This document shows positions 46,558 through 56,191 of a DNA stretch of 64,000 bases, one piece after another. A program made the position numbers and the translations under genes. The DNA comes from Capsulimonadaceae bacterium (GTDB lineage: Bacteria > Armatimonadota > Armatimonadia > Armatimonadales > Capsulimonadaceae): the NCBI GenBank assembly GCA_965215505.1, contig OZ244065.1:5440001-5504000 (forward strand), in the 5' to 3' direction. Every line of letters begins with the position of its first letter. The first letter of the stretch is position 1. The notes beneath the pieces were generated by a model that was not told the DNA's origin, searched no databases, and saw only the letters and a program-made list of their open reading frames with translations.

Positions 46558-46932
46558 TTACTCCCGAGCGCTCTGCGAAATCTCTTCCCCGATTCCCAGC
46601 GCCTTGAGGTCGTTCCGGGACTGGTCATCCGAAGACACCAGCGCGCGCATCTGCTGGGCCACGTCCTGCTCGGTCAGGCCCTGCCGCTGCATGGCCTCGT
46701 GGACGAAGGCCAGCCGGTCGTGGGCCATCAGCAGGTCCAGGCTGGAGATGTCCAGGATGTCGGCCAGCGCCCCCAGGGCGGGCACGGTCTGGGCGATGTC
46801 GCTCTCGGCGCGCGCCTTGAGCAAGGTCTGGGCGTATTCCAGCTCACGCATCGCCTGGTCCAGCGGGGCGCTCATCACCTGGTATTCGTTGACTTTTTCC
46901 GCCAGCCCGGCGCTCAGATCGGTCACGGCCAT
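46558..46932 (-). CDS. Hypothetical helical protein (124 aa)
   Basis: GGAGG RBS and an upstream TATAAT. Confidence 0.7.
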   Translation of the reverse strand: MAVTDLSAGLAEKVNEYQVMSAPLDQAMRELEYAQTLLKARAESDIAQTVPALGALADILDISSLDLLMAHDRLAFVHEAMQRQGLTEQDVAQQMRALVSSDDQSRNDLKALGIGEEISQSARE

Positions 46933-46961
46933 CGTGCGTCCTCCATCGGAGTCTTGATATA

Positions 46962-48653
46962 TTACGGGTGCATTATAGCACGTCCCGCCCCGGCTTCGGC
47001 GTAAATGGCCTTGACCTTGGCGTTCTGCGGGTCATCCCACCAGGCGCGGAAGAGCAGGATGTCGCCGCCCTTGACCGCATTCACCAGGTCGGCGTGGTGT
47101 CCGTCCAGATCTCCGTCCGACGTGCAGAGGACGGTGAACGCGCCGGGATAGACGCGGCGGACGCGGTCGGGCGTGCCCAAGTTCCCGCCGCGCAGCTCGG
47201 CATAGGGGACCGTCGCGCCGTAGTAGCGCACTTTCTTGTGTTCCGGCATCAGCAGGGCGACGATCTTGCGCCGGGCCAAAGCGGCGGCCACGTTTTGGAA
47301 CACGGAGGCGGGGTAGGGGACGTTCGGGTCGCCGTTGGAGTCCACATAGAAGAGGGTGCAGCCCCAGCGCGTGTTGGCATAGAGCGCCTTGTCGATCAGC
47401 GTCAGCGCCACGTCGGCCATGTCCGTCTGATCGTACTGGGACACGCCGCCGTCCGCCGCCCTCTCGACCAGCTGGGGCCGGATGCAGACGCCGACTTTGA
47501 GGCCCGCGCGGCGGAACCGAGCGAAGTAGGCGTCGGCCAGCGGCTCCATCTCGGGGGCCAGCAGCGAGAACGCCCGTGGGTCCCCGATGTAGGAGGTGGC
47601 ATGAGGGAATTCTTGCCCCTCGATGTCCCAGGTGATCATCCCCTGGGCGTTCATCGCCTTCAATACGCGGATGCTGTTGTCGGCGTAGTCGGTCAGCCGC
47701 TTCGCGAAGGCCGCGCGGCCCGCCTCGGTCGTGACGTCTATGTCGGCGTCGTTGTTGAACCAGCCGCGCGGGTTCCTGCCGCCGGGCCGGTGCGGGACGC
47801 TGGAAGAGAGCATTAGGTAGCCCAGGGGCCGCCGGTCCGGCCAGCGCAGGGTTTTGGGGAACGCAGCGGCATACCGGCGGTCGAGGTCGGAGGTCAGCGA
47901 GGCTGGCGTCGTCCCCGCCGGGCCGAAGCGCAGCGAAAGCGTGTAGGTGTCCGAGTGGCCCGGCGCGATGGGCCGGACGAGGTAGGGGGCGAGCAGATCA
48001 CGCGGCCCGTTCTCCGGGCCGGACGATACGCGCAGCGGGAACTCCGTGTCGGCGGGCCGGTCCAGGGCGAAGGGGAAGCCGACCAGGAGCGACCTCGTGA
48101 AGTCCTCATTGCAGAGCGCCACCGTCCCCGCTCCGTAGCTCGCGCTGACGACCCCCGGTTCGTCCCGGCTGGCCGTTATCAGCGGGTACTCCTGGGCGTA
48201 CTCGGCGGGCTTTTGCGGGAACTTGAGCCACAGAGGCTGCAAGACGATGGACTGGACCGTCTTGTCGGGGTCCGTGTCGGTGACGGTCAGCGTCAGGTTC
48301 AGCCGACTGCCAGACGGCGCGAAACGCCCCCAGACGCGGCCCCAGGCGAACGTCCGCGTGATCGTGCCGTTTGCCGCGTCAGTCACGACCTTGCTCGGCC
48401 CGCCCCCGTCAAGGGTCACGTCCTTGCCGTCCGCCCCGCGCAGCGTGACCCGCGACACCCAGAACGCGCCGCCCGTAAACGCGCCGTTCGCCCCGGCATC
48501 CGGGTTGATCCAGAGAAGCTCCTGACCACCGTAACGCAGGGACGACAGGCCGCCGGCACCGAAGCCGACCGTGACATCAGGCGTGGCCCGCACGGCCGGG
48601 GGCGCGAGCGCCGATAGACACAGCAGCAGGGCGATCCGCAAAAGGCTTCTCAT
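46962..48653 (-). CDS. Secreted hypothetical protein, possible novel glycoside hydrolase
   Basis: Start at ATG 48653 with signal peptide; beta-rich N-terminal half; C-terminal half with WDIEG, YIGDP and LFYVDS motifs. Confidence 0.7.
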   Translation of the reverse strand: MRSLLRIALLLCLSALAPPAVRATPDVTVGFGAGGLSSLRYGGQELLWINPDAGANGAFTGGAFWVSRVTLRGADGKDVTLDGGGPSKVVTDAANGTITRTFAWGRVWGRFAPSGSRLNLTLTVTDTDPDKTVQSIVLQPLWLKFPQKPAEYAQEYPLITASRDEPGVVSASYGAGTVALCNEDFTRSLLVGFPFALDRPADTEFPLRVSSGPENGPRDLLAPYLVRPIAPGHSDTYTLSLRFGPAGTTPASLTSDLDRRYAAAFPKTLRWPDRRPLGYLMLSSSVPHRPGGRNPRGWFNNDADIDVTTEAGRAAFAKRLTDYADNSIRVLKAMNAQGMITWDIEGQEFPHATSYIGDPRAFSLLAPEMEPLADAYFARFRRAGLKVGVCIRPQLVERAADGGVSQYDQTDMADVALTLIDKALYANTRWGCTLFYVDSNGDPNVPYPASVFQNVAAALARRKIVALLMPEHKKVRYYGATVPYAELRGGNLGTPDRVRRVYPGAFTVLCTSDGDLDGHHADLVNAVKGGDILLFRAWWDDPQNAKVKAIYAEAGAGRAIMHP

Positions 48654-48696
48654 AGCCGTCAGTGTACCACGCAGGGCGCGGTTTCCAGAGTGGGGG

Positions 48697-48726
48697 TTGA
48701 CAAAGGCGGGGCCGGGGCTGTAAGAT
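48697..48726 (+). promoter_or_regulatory. Sigma70 promoter of scpA (leaderless-type)
   Basis: TTGACA, 18 nt, TAAGAT, then 5 nt to ATG 48732. Confidence 0.7.
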
Positions 48727-48731
48727 AAGCC

Positions 48732-49520
48732 ATGCCCGCCGTCGCCGCGTCTTCCTCTAAAGCCTCGACCTCCGCCAATGTCCTGCCGCCCGTCGCCCTG
48801 CCCGCGTTTGAAGGGCCGCTCGACCTGCTCCTGCACCTGATCCGCGAACACCGCGTGGACATCGCCGACATCCCCATCGTGCAGATCACCGACCAGTACC
48901 TCGCGTATCTGCGGGCGATGGAGGAGATGAACCTGAACGTGGCGGGCGAGTTCCTGCTGATGGCGGCGACCCTGCTGGAGATCAAGAGCCGGATGCTGCT
49001 GCCGAAGCCCCCGCGTGTCGAAGAGGCCGAGGAGGGCATTGACCCGCGCCAAGAGCTTGTCCAGCGATTGCAGGACTACCAGCGTTACAAGGCGTTTATC
49101 GAGACTTTGGCCGGGTGGGAGGACGACCGCCGGGCGCTGTTCTTCCGGGGCCAGGGCGACTACGGTGGCCTGTACGAGCTGCCGGTCGGCTTCGGCGAGC
49201 TGCACCCCGGCTCGCTCCTGAAGGCTTTGACCCGCCTACTGGCCGAGGCCGGCGACGACGGCGACCAAGCGGTCACCAGTGTGCGCCGCCAGAAGATCAC
49301 CCTCCGGCTGGCGATGGCCGCCTTGTGGCGCAAGGTCCAGCGCGGTGGCGCGGCCGGCGTCCTGCTCGACGAGTGCTTTGAACGGCCTTTCGTGCGCCTG
49401 GAGATCGTGATGACGTTTTTGGCTCTCCTGGAACTGCTTCGGCAGGGACGCATGGATGCCCGCCAGGACGCCTTGCTGGACCACATCTATCTGCTGGCGC
49501 GGGAGACGGCCCGTGCCTGA
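48732..49520 (+). CDS. scpA: Segregation and condensation protein A
   Basis: FEGPLDLLLHLI, EFLLMAATLLEIKSRMLLP, DPR.ELV and TFLALLEL motifs. Confidence 0.95.
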   Translation: MPAVAASSSKASTSANVLPPVALPAFEGPLDLLLHLIREHRVDIADIPIVQITDQYLAYLRAMEEMNLNVAGEFLLMAATLLEIKSRMLLPKPPRVEEAEEGIDPRQELVQRLQDYQRYKAFIETLAGWEDDRRALFFRGQGDYGGLYELPVGFGELHPGSLLKALTRLLAEAGDDGDQAVTSVRRQKITLRLAMAALWRKVQRGGAAGVLLDECFERPFVRLEIVMTFLALLELLRQGRMDARQDALLDHIYLLARETARA

Positions 49521-50121
49521 GCCGCCCGCGCCGATTGCCGAGATGGACCTGCCGCCGCTGCTCGAAGCCTACCTGTTCGTGGCGACGGAGCCGGTTCAGC
49601 CTGCCGAGATCGGCCGCCTGCTGAACGTCGAGGCCGCCGCCATCGAGGAGGCTCTGGAGGACATGGCGAACGCCTACGCCCGCCGGATCAACTCCGGCCT
49701 GCACGTCGTCCGCATCGCTGGCGGCTACCAGATGGCGACCCGGCCCGCGATGGCCGAAGGCGTCGCGCGCCTGCTGGCCGCGCCGGGGCAGAAGAGCCGC
49801 CTGTCCAAACCCGCGCTCGAAACGCTGGCGATCATCGCCTACCAGCAGCCCGTCACGCAGGCCGAGATCGAGGCCGTGCGCGGCGTCAACGCCGACGCCG
49901 TATTGAAGACCTTGACCGAGCGGCGTCTGGTCCAGGAGACGGGCCGCCGTGAGGTCCCCGGTCGGCCCTTCCTCTACGGCACGACCCCGGACTTCCTGCA
50001 CTACTTCGGCCTCCACACTCTGGAAGACCTGCCGCCGCTCGAAGACATCGTGATCGCCGAAACTGAGGGCGATAAGGCCGCAACGCACGACGCCCTGGAA
50101 GCCGTAGGATTAGAGGAGTAG
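49513..50121 (+). CDS. scpB: Segregation and condensation protein B
   Basis: LEAYLFVA, LS.PALETLAIIAYQQPVT and GRPFLYGTT.DFL.YFGL..L.DLP motifs; GTG start overlapping scpA. Confidence 0.95.
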   Translation: MPEPPAPIAEMDLPPLLEAYLFVATEPVQPAEIGRLLNVEAAAIEEALEDMANAYARRINSGLHVVRIAGGYQMATRPAMAEGVARLLAAPGQKSRLSKPALETLAIIAYQQPVTQAEIEAVRGVNADAVLKTLTERRLVQETGRREVPGRPFLYGTTPDFLHYFGLHTLEDLPPLEDIVIAETEGDKAATHDALEAVGLEE

Positions 50122-50185
50122 GGGCGAACCTTGTGTTCGCCCTTCCGATGGGCGTGTCCGCCCTTCCGATGGGCGTGTCCGCCCT
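50118..50185 (+). repeat. GTAG-type REP palindrome followed by a 21-bp tandem repeat
   Basis: GTAG-GGGCGAAC-CTTGT-GTTCGCCC (50118-50142), then CGCCCTTCCGATGGGCGTGTC x2.3 (50138-50185). Confidence 0.7.
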
Positions 50186-50219
50186 GCCCGTACATGACCT
50201 GACCTATCACTAGCCATAC

Positions 50220-51605
50220 ATGACCAAACGCCTGACAACCCTGCTCCTGCCGCTGCTCCTGCTGCCATCGGCCCTGCACGCCGCCCCGCCTCGCGTCAAG
50301 GCCACGCTGAAGCAGGTGGCCGCACCGCCTGCCGACTCGGAAGCCGGCCAGCAGGGCATCGCCCCCGCCCCAGCCAAGCCCAAAGCCCCCGTCGTGCCGG
50401 TGGTGCGGAGCCGCTACGCCATCCTCGTGGACGCCGTGACCGGCAAGGTGCTGTGGGAGCGCAACGCCGACGCCCCCCGGCCCATCGCCTCGACGACGAA
50501 GATGATGACGGCCATCCTGCTGTTGGAGCGCGGCCATCTGGATGACATCGTGACGGCCCCGCCCGGCGTCCAGTATTTGCCGGACAGCAGCCTGCACCTG
50601 AAGCCGGGCGAGAAGCTGACCCTGCGCGACCTGCTCTACGCCATGCTCCTGCGGTCGGCCAACGACACCGCCGTCACCGGGGCCGTCTATCTCAACGGCT
50701 CCGTCCCCGCCTTCGCCAAGCAGATGAACCTGAAGGCCCACGAGATCGGGGCGACCCACACGCACTTCGTCACGCCCAACGGGCTGCCCGCGCCGGGGCA
50801 TTACTCGACGGCCGCCGATTTGGCGAAGATAGCCTGTTATGCGGTCAACAACCTGCCGCAGTTCAACGAGATCGTCCGGACGCCGCTCTACAAAGTCCAT
50901 CGGTCTTTAGACATGCGGGACGTGTGGGTCAAGAACACGGCGACGGGCTTCCTCAAGAAGTTCCCCGGCGCGGACGGGGTCAAGACCGGGTATATCCATG
51001 CGGCGGGGCACTGCTTCGTCGGCTCCGCGACGCGCGGCGGCTGGCGGATGATCGCCGTGGCCCTGAACAGCGGGACCTGCCGGGAGGATGTCGAGTCGCT
51101 GCTGTCCTACGGCTTCGCGGACTTCGCGCCCACGACGGTCGTGCCGAAGGATGACTTGGTGGGGTCGGTGGACATCCCTAGCGCGATCCAGCCGGTAAAG
51201 GTCAAGGCCGCGACGCCCCTGTTCCTGGTATCGTCCCGCCGGAGGCCGCTGCCGGCCTTTGTGGTCAAGGTGACGCCATTGCCTCTGCTGCCGCAGGCAC
51301 CGATTGTGGCGGGGACGCGGCTCGGGACGGTCATGGTCCTCGTGGACGGTAAAGCGCAGGCGGAGGGTGATGCCGTGGCGGCGGAGGACGTCGCCGTCAA
51401 GCCGCTGGCGGCCTTCGCCCGGACGACGCGGACGATCGGGCGGGCCGTCCCCCGAGTGATCGGGGCGCTCGCCGCCCTCGGCGCGGTGATTTTAGGAGGC
51501 TGGATACTTCATGCCCGAGCGACTGCAAAAAGCGCTCGCCGCCGCCGGGATCGGTTCCCGGCGGGCGTGCGAGGAGTGGATCACCCAGGGCCGCGTCCGG
51601 GTTAA
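50220..51605 (+). CDS. D-alanyl-D-alanine carboxypeptidase (peptidase S11)
   Basis: ASTTK (SxxK), SAN and KTG motifs; signal peptide; C-terminal TM. Confidence 0.93.
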   Translation: MTKRLTTLLLPLLLLPSALHAAPPRVKATLKQVAAPPADSEAGQQGIAPAPAKPKAPVVPVVRSRYAILVDAVTGKVLWERNADAPRPIASTTKMMTAILLLERGHLDDIVTAPPGVQYLPDSSLHLKPGEKLTLRDLLYAMLLRSANDTAVTGAVYLNGSVPAFAKQMNLKAHEIGATHTHFVTPNGLPAPGHYSTAADLAKIACYAVNNLPQFNEIVRTPLYKVHRSLDMRDVWVKNTATGFLKKFPGADGVKTGYIHAAGHCFVGSATRGGWRMIAVALNSGTCREDVESLLSYGFADFAPTTVVPKDDLVGSVDIPSAIQPVKVKAATPLFLVSSRRRPLPAFVVKVTPLPLLPQAPIVAGTRLGTVMVLVDGKAQAEGDAVAAEDVAVKPLAAFARTTRTIGRAVPRVIGALAALGAVILGGWILHARATAKSARRRRDRFPAGVRGVDHPGPRPG

Positions 51606-52443
51606 CGGCCTGGTCGTGACGGAACTCGGGACCAAGGTTGACCTGGACACGGACAAGGTCCTGTTCGACGGCCGCATCGTCCGCCCGCCCCATCGCCGCT
51701 ACTACCTCGCGCTCAACAAGCCGCGCGGCGTGGTTTCGTCGCGCGCCGACCCGCACGCCGGTCGGCTGGTGACGGACCTGGTGGACATCGGGAGCAAGCC
51801 GATGCTGCGGCCGGTGGGCCGTCTGGACGCCGACAGTGACGGGCTGATCTTCCTGACCGACGACGGCGACTTCCTGTTCAAGCTGACCCACCCGCGCTAC
51901 CACGTCCCCAAGACCTACCGGGTGCAGGTGCAGGGCGTTCCCAACGCCGACGCCCTGGCGCGTCTGCGGAAGGGCATCATGCTGGAGGACGGCCTGACCC
52001 GCCCCGCCGAGAATGTCCGCCTGCTGCGCGGCAAGGAGAACATGGACGGCACCGGCGCGGGCGAGCTGGAACTGACCATCTACGAGGGCCGCAACCGGCA
52101 GGTGCGGCGGATGCTGGCCGCCGTCGGCCACAACGTCACCCGCCTGACCCGAGTCCGCATCGGGGCCGTCCGCCTGACCGGCCTGCCGCCGGGCGCGTGG
52201 CGGCACCTGACCCCCGCCGAGGTGGCGGCCCTGACGGCGGGAGCGCCCGCCGCCGCCCCGACCAAAGAGAGCGACAAAGAAACCGACCGAGAAGACCATA
52301 CCGAGGAGAAAACATCATGGCCCGTACAGCCACTTTCGACACCACCAAAGGCGTCATCGTCGCCCAGCTCGCTGAGGACGACGCGCCCATTACAACCGCG
52401 AACTTTATCGAACTCGCCCAAAAAGGATTCTACGACGGCCTGA
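51511..52443 (+). CDS. rluB: rRNA pseudouridine synthase (RsuA/RluB family) with S4 domain
   Basis: [28 protein letters not shown] and [10 protein letters not shown] motifs. Confidence 0.9.
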   Translation: MPERLQKALAAAGIGSRRACEEWITQGRVRVNGLVVTELGTKVDLDTDKVLFDGRIVRPPHRRYYLALNKPRGVVSSRADPHAGRLVTDLVDIGSKPMLRPVGRLDADSDGLIFLTDDGDFLFKLTHPRYHVPKTYRVQVQGVPNADALARLRKGIMLEDGLTRPAENVRLLRGKENMDGTGAGELELTIYEGRNRQVRRMLAAVGHNVTRLTRVRIGAVRLTGLPPGAWRHLTPAEVAALTAGAPAAAPTKESDKETDREDHTEEKTSWPVQPLSTPPKASSSPSSLRTTRPLQPRTLSNSPKKDSTTA

Positions 52444-52763
52444 CCTTCCACCGCTACGCCCCCGGCTTCGTCATCCAGGGGGGGGACCCGGACGGCAACG
52501 GCACCGGCGGGTCCGGCAAGAACATCAAGGGCGAGTTCCGAGACAACGGCGTCCCCAATCCAGGCAAGCACGATGCCGCCGGGGTGCTGGCGATGGCCCG
52601 CTCGGGCAACCCGGACAGCGCCTCGTCCCAGTTCTACTTCACGCTCGCCGCCGCCCCGCACCTGGACGGCGGCTACGCCGTGTTCGGCAAGGTGACGTCC
52701 GGCCTGGACGCCGTCCTGGCCCTGCGCGGGGGCGACCGCATGAACAAAGTCACCATCAGCTAG
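52317..52763 (+). CDS. Cyclophilin-type peptidyl-prolyl cis-trans isomerase
   Basis: [30 protein letters not shown] and [10 protein letters not shown] motifs; GAGGAG RBS before ATG 52317. Confidence 0.95.
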   Translation: MARTATFDTTKGVIVAQLAEDDAPITTANFIELAQKGFYDGLTFHRYAPGFVIQGGDPDGNGTGGSGKNIKGEFRDNGVPNPGKHDAAGVLAMARSGNPDSASSQFYFTLAAAPHLDGGYAVFGKVTSGLDAVLALRGGDRMNKVTIS

Positions 52764-52788
52764 ACCTCGCAGCAGAGGCCGAAGCCGG

Positions 52789-52817
52789 AAGGGGCGCGAT
52801 GAGTCGCGCCCCTTTTT
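52789..52817 (+). terminator. Rho-independent terminator
   Basis: AAGGGGCGCGA-TGAG-TCGCGCCCCTT followed by a T run. Confidence 0.85.
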
Positions 52818-52834
52818 CGTTTGTGCTGTCAGTG

Positions 52835-53188
52835 TCAAGACTTTTTCGAGGAGCCGCCCGACTTCTCCGGCAGCGGCTTCTCCGTCTGCGCGGCATACTC
52901 GTGGATGTCTTCGGCCGTGAGCGGCGGCAGCTCGATCTGCTTGTAAACGTCGCGCACCGCGATGTCAAGTATCTCCTCCGCCGATGCCGTCTTGCTCCGC
53001 CCCAGTTTTTGGGCGATCCGGTACAGCATCAGGTGAGTTGCGACCGGGACGCGCAGTGAAAGGCTGCGGTCCGGGATCTCCGTTCCGATGACCTCTTCCT
53101 CGTCCAGCGTCGCCAGGTGGATCAGCTCGTGTTCAATCCAGTTCTGGAGTCTGCTCGCGCTGTGTAGGTTATGTCCGTTGTGGCTCAT
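52835..53188 (-). CDS. Putative ribbon-helix-helix regulator with His-rich N-terminus
   Basis: MSHNGHNLH...EHELIH, then RSLSLRVP..THLMLYRIAQKLGRSKTASAEEILDIAV (strand-helix-G.S-helix); AAGGA RBS. Confidence 0.65.
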   Translation of the reverse strand: MSHNGHNLHSASRLQNWIEHELIHLATLDEEEVIGTEIPDRSLSLRVPVATHLMLYRIAQKLGRSKTASAEEILDIAVRDVYKQIELPPLTAEDIHEYAAQTEKPLPEKSGGSSKKS

Positions 53189-53298
53189 CGTACTCGTCCT
53201 TCAGTGAAGTAGTGTCCTCATTATAGCCCCATCTGCACCAGAACCGCACCCGCCGGCCCGGCGGACAGGATTGTAAACCGCCTGTAATAAATGAGTGT

Positions 53299-53334
53299 TG
53301 TGTCATCGTCCAATTTGTGTGCAGACTGTGTCAT
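53299..53334. promoter_or_regulatory. Direct-repeat candidate operator in the divergent intergenic region
   Basis: TGTGTCAT at 53299-53306 and 53327-53334; the second copy overlaps CATAAT (53332-53337). Confidence 0.4.
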
Positions 53335-53383
53335 AATCAACACGTCGCCTCGCATTAGTAGGTGACTATGTAAAAGGCTCCTG

Positions 53384-54952
53384 ATGGTCAAACCCAGCCG
53401 AACCGCTCGCCCCCTGCGTCTCAGCGTCGCCCTGACCCTCGTGGCTTGTCTCACCCTGTTCCACCCCGCCGCCGCCCACCCGATGGGCAACTTCTCCATC
53501 AACCACTACGCCCGGCTTGAGGCACAGACCAAACAGATCACCCTGCGCTATGTGATGGATTTCGCCGAATTGCCGACCGTGGCGGAGCGGGATGCCATGG
53601 GCGTTTCAGGGAACGCGCCCGTTCCCGAAGCGGTGAAGCAGGCGTACCTGCGGGCGAAGGCGCTCACCTTGCGCGACGGGCTGACGCTGACCATTGGCGG
53701 CAGGCGTGCCGCGCTGGACGTGAAGCCGGTGTTCTTGGAGTTCCGGCCCGGTGCGGGCGGCCTCAACACCATGCTCCTCGAACTCGATCTCACCGCGCCT
53801 CTGCCGCCGGGGAACGTCGGCGCGACGTTCCCGGTCGCATACCGGGACGACAACTACGCCGAGCGCACCGGCTGGAAGGAGATCGTCGTAACCGGGGGAA
53901 CCGGCACGGCGATTCAAAACTCGTCCGTCGGCGGCAGCGACACGAGCAAGGGGCTGACCGCCTACCCGGCCAACCCGACCCTCGCGCCGCCCCAGGAAAC
54001 CGAGGCGACTTTCACCGTGGCACCCGGCGGCGTCTCCTCCGCGCCGGTCCCGGCTCCCGGCCCGCAGCCGGCCTCGTCCAACTCGCACACCCCGCAGGAT
54101 GCCTTCACCCAGGTCATCGCCCGGCGCGAGCTGACGCCCGGTGTCATGCTGCTCGGCCTCTTGATCGCCTTCGTGTTCGGCTCGTTCCACGCGCTCTCGC
54201 CCGGTCATGGCAAGACGATGGTGGCCGCCTACCTCGTCGGGTCGCGCGGGACGGCCCGCCATGCGGTTTCCCTCGGCGTGATCGTGACGGTGACGCACAC
54301 CCTGGGCGTTTTCGCGCTGGGCCTGGTGACGCTGTACGCCTCCAAATACGTCGTGCCGGAGAAGCTGTACCCGGTCCTGAGCGTCATCAGCGGCCTGGCC
54401 GTCTTCGGCGTCGGCGTCTGGCTGCTCACGTCCCGCCTGCGTGGCATGGCAGATGACCATGCCCACTCGCACGGCCATGACCACGGTCCTGACGGGATTC
54501 ACCTGCATGCGGCAGACGACGGCCATACGCACGACCACACGCACGATCACCACCACGACCACACACACACGCATGACGTCGACGGGGGGCACTCGCACGG
54601 CTTCGGGCACCATCACCATCACGGCGTTCCCGAGGGGCCGATCACCGCGCGCTCGCTGCTGGCACTGGGCATTTCGGGGGGCATTGTCCCTTGCCCCTCC
54701 GCCCTCGTCGTGCTGCTTTCCGCCGTCGCGCTGCACCGGATCGCCTACGGAATGGCTCTGATCACTACCTTCAGCGTCGGCCTGGCCTCCGTCCTCATCA
54801 TCATCGGCCTGATGGTCGTCTCCACCCGGCACTGGTTTGAGCGCTTCCCCGTCGGGGAAGGACTGCTCCGCCGCCTCCCCATCGCCAGTGCAGCGGCCAT
54901 CACCCTGATCGGCATCATGCTGGTCATCCGCGCCGTTACGCAAGGCGTTTAG
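53384..54952 (+). CDS. RcnA/NicO-like Ni/Co transporter with exported N-terminal domain and His-rich loop
   Basis: Signal peptide then HPMGNF; FHALSPGHGK; long H/D-rich loop; GIVPCPSALVVLL. Confidence 0.88.
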   Translation: MVKPSRTARPLRLSVALTLVACLTLFHPAAAHPMGNFSINHYARLEAQTKQITLRYVMDFAELPTVAERDAMGVSGNAPVPEAVKQAYLRAKALTLRDGLTLTIGGRRAALDVKPVFLEFRPGAGGLNTMLLELDLTAPLPPGNVGATFPVAYRDDNYAERTGWKEIVVTGGTGTAIQNSSVGGSDTSKGLTAYPANPTLAPPQETEATFTVAPGGVSSAPVPAPGPQPASSNSHTPQDAFTQVIARRELTPGVMLLGLLIAFVFGSFHALSPGHGKTMVAAYLVGSRGTARHAVSLGVIVTVTHTLGVFALGLVTLYASKYVVPEKLYPVLSVISGLAVFGVGVWLLTSRLRGMADDHAHSHGHDHGPDGIHLHAADDGHTHDHTHDHHHDHTHTHDVDGGHSHGFGHHHHHGVPEGPITARSLLALGISGGIVPCPSALVVLLSAVALHRIAYGMALITTFSVGLASVLIIIGLMVVSTRHWFERFPVGEGLLRRLPIASAAAITLIGIMLVIRAVTQGV

Positions 54953-54969
54953 AACCGACACGTCCACAC

Positions 54970-56040
54970 ATGTTCAGCAAATCTCTCCTCGCCGACACCA
55001 GCACCAAGACGAAGATCGTCAGCGTCCTGGCCCTATTGGTGGCGGCCAACGTCCTCCTGTGGCTTCTGGTCTGGAGCCTCTCCGGCAGGTTCCTGTTTCT
55101 GGCCGCGACCGGCTGGCTGGCCTACGGGTTCGGCCTGCGCCACGCCGTGGACGCCGACCACATTTCCGCCATTGACAACACCACGCGGAAGCTGATGCAG
55201 GAGGGCAAGAGGCCCGTCGGCGTCGGCTTCTTCTTCTCGCTCGGCCACTCCACCATCGTCATCTCCCTGTGCGCCGCGCTGGCCCTCTCGACTGCCTACG
55301 TCCAGCGGCACATGCCGCAGTGGCAGGGCATCGGCGGCGTCGTCGGCACTCTCATCTCCGGCCTGTTCCTGTACGTCATCGGCTTCATCAACCTCGTCGT
55401 CCTGCTGAACCTCTTCAAGACCTTCCGCGCCATCCGGCGCGGGGAGGACATCGAGGACCAGCACATGGGGGACATGCTGGACCAGCGCGGCCTGCTCGGG
55501 CGTCTGTTCAAGCCGGTTCTGAGGATGGTCCGCCACTCCTGGCAGATGTACTTCGTCGGCTTCCTGTTCGGTCTGGGTTTCGATACGGCCAGCGAGGTCG
55601 GCATCCTCGCGCTTTCCGCCCACTCCGGCCAGACCAGCACGCCCTTTTGGGTCATCATGCTGCTGCCGCTGCTGTTCATGGCCGGCATGTGCCTCATAGA
55701 TGCCCTCGACGGCATCCTGATGCTCGGCGCTTACGGGTGGGCGTTCATCAAGCCGGTCCGTAAGGTCTACTACAACCTGATCATCACCACCCTCTCCGTC
55801 TTGGTGGCTTTCATCGTCGGGACTTATGAGATGCTGCAAATCTTCCAGGCGCAGTTCTCCCTCAAAGGCAAGCTCTGGAATTTCCTAAACAATCTCCCTC
55901 TGGACAACCTGGGTTATTACATCGTCGGCACGTTCCTCGTAGGTTGGGGGCTGTCCGTATTGGTTTACAGGGCCAGGAGGCAGGAGCCGGTCCCAGGCAC
56001 CGAGGCGCGGGGCGAAACTGTCTCCAAGACCCTCGTGTGA
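54970..56040 (+). CDS. hoxN: High-affinity nickel/cobalt permease (NiCoT, HoxN/NixA family)
   Basis: GLRHAVDADHISAIDN signature, FSLGHS and GFLFGLGFDTASE. Confidence 0.93.
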   Translation: MFSKSLLADTSTKTKIVSVLALLVAANVLLWLLVWSLSGRFLFLAATGWLAYGFGLRHAVDADHISAIDNTTRKLMQEGKRPVGVGFFFSLGHSTIVISLCAALALSTAYVQRHMPQWQGIGGVVGTLISGLFLYVIGFINLVVLLNLFKTFRAIRRGEDIEDQHMGDMLDQRGLLGRLFKPVLRMVRHSWQMYFVGFLFGLGFDTASEVGILALSAHSGQTSTPFWVIMLLPLLFMAGMCLIDALDGILMLGAYGWAFIKPVRKVYYNLIITTLSVLVAFIVGTYEMLQIFQAQFSLKGKLWNFLNNLPLDNLGYYIVGTFLVGWGLSVLVYRARRQEPVPGTEARGETVSKTLV

Positions 56041-56191
56041 TAGCGTCCGTATGTGGTGTCATCCACCGCGCCTCCGGTTTGTCTGCCTGCGTGGTCCATC
56101 GGCATCACAGTCGTGAGTGAATGGGAACCAAACCGTATCCACACTGTGTTCAACCATCATTGACAAAGCAAGCAAATTAGAAAAGATCACA

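Noticed and set aside
48654-49205. N-terminal extension of the 747-aa ORF
   Set aside because: Antisense to scpA; the signal peptide and -10 box support a start at 48653.
50138-50185. CRISPR array
   Set aside because: Contiguous tandem copies without spacers; no cas operon, and the Cas4-like gene is solitary.
53189-53383. Canonical NikR box or NiCo/cobalamin riboswitch
   Set aside because: No GTATGA-N16-TCATAC palindrome or recognisable riboswitch core seen by eye; an Rfam scan would be needed to exclude it fully.
54455-54625. CAC/GAC-rich repetitive DNA
   Set aside because: It encodes the His-rich loop of the Ni/Co transporter and is not an independent repeat.
56160-56191. TTGACA upstream of the pilin gene as an independent promoter
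   Set aside because: No properly spaced -10 element is evident.
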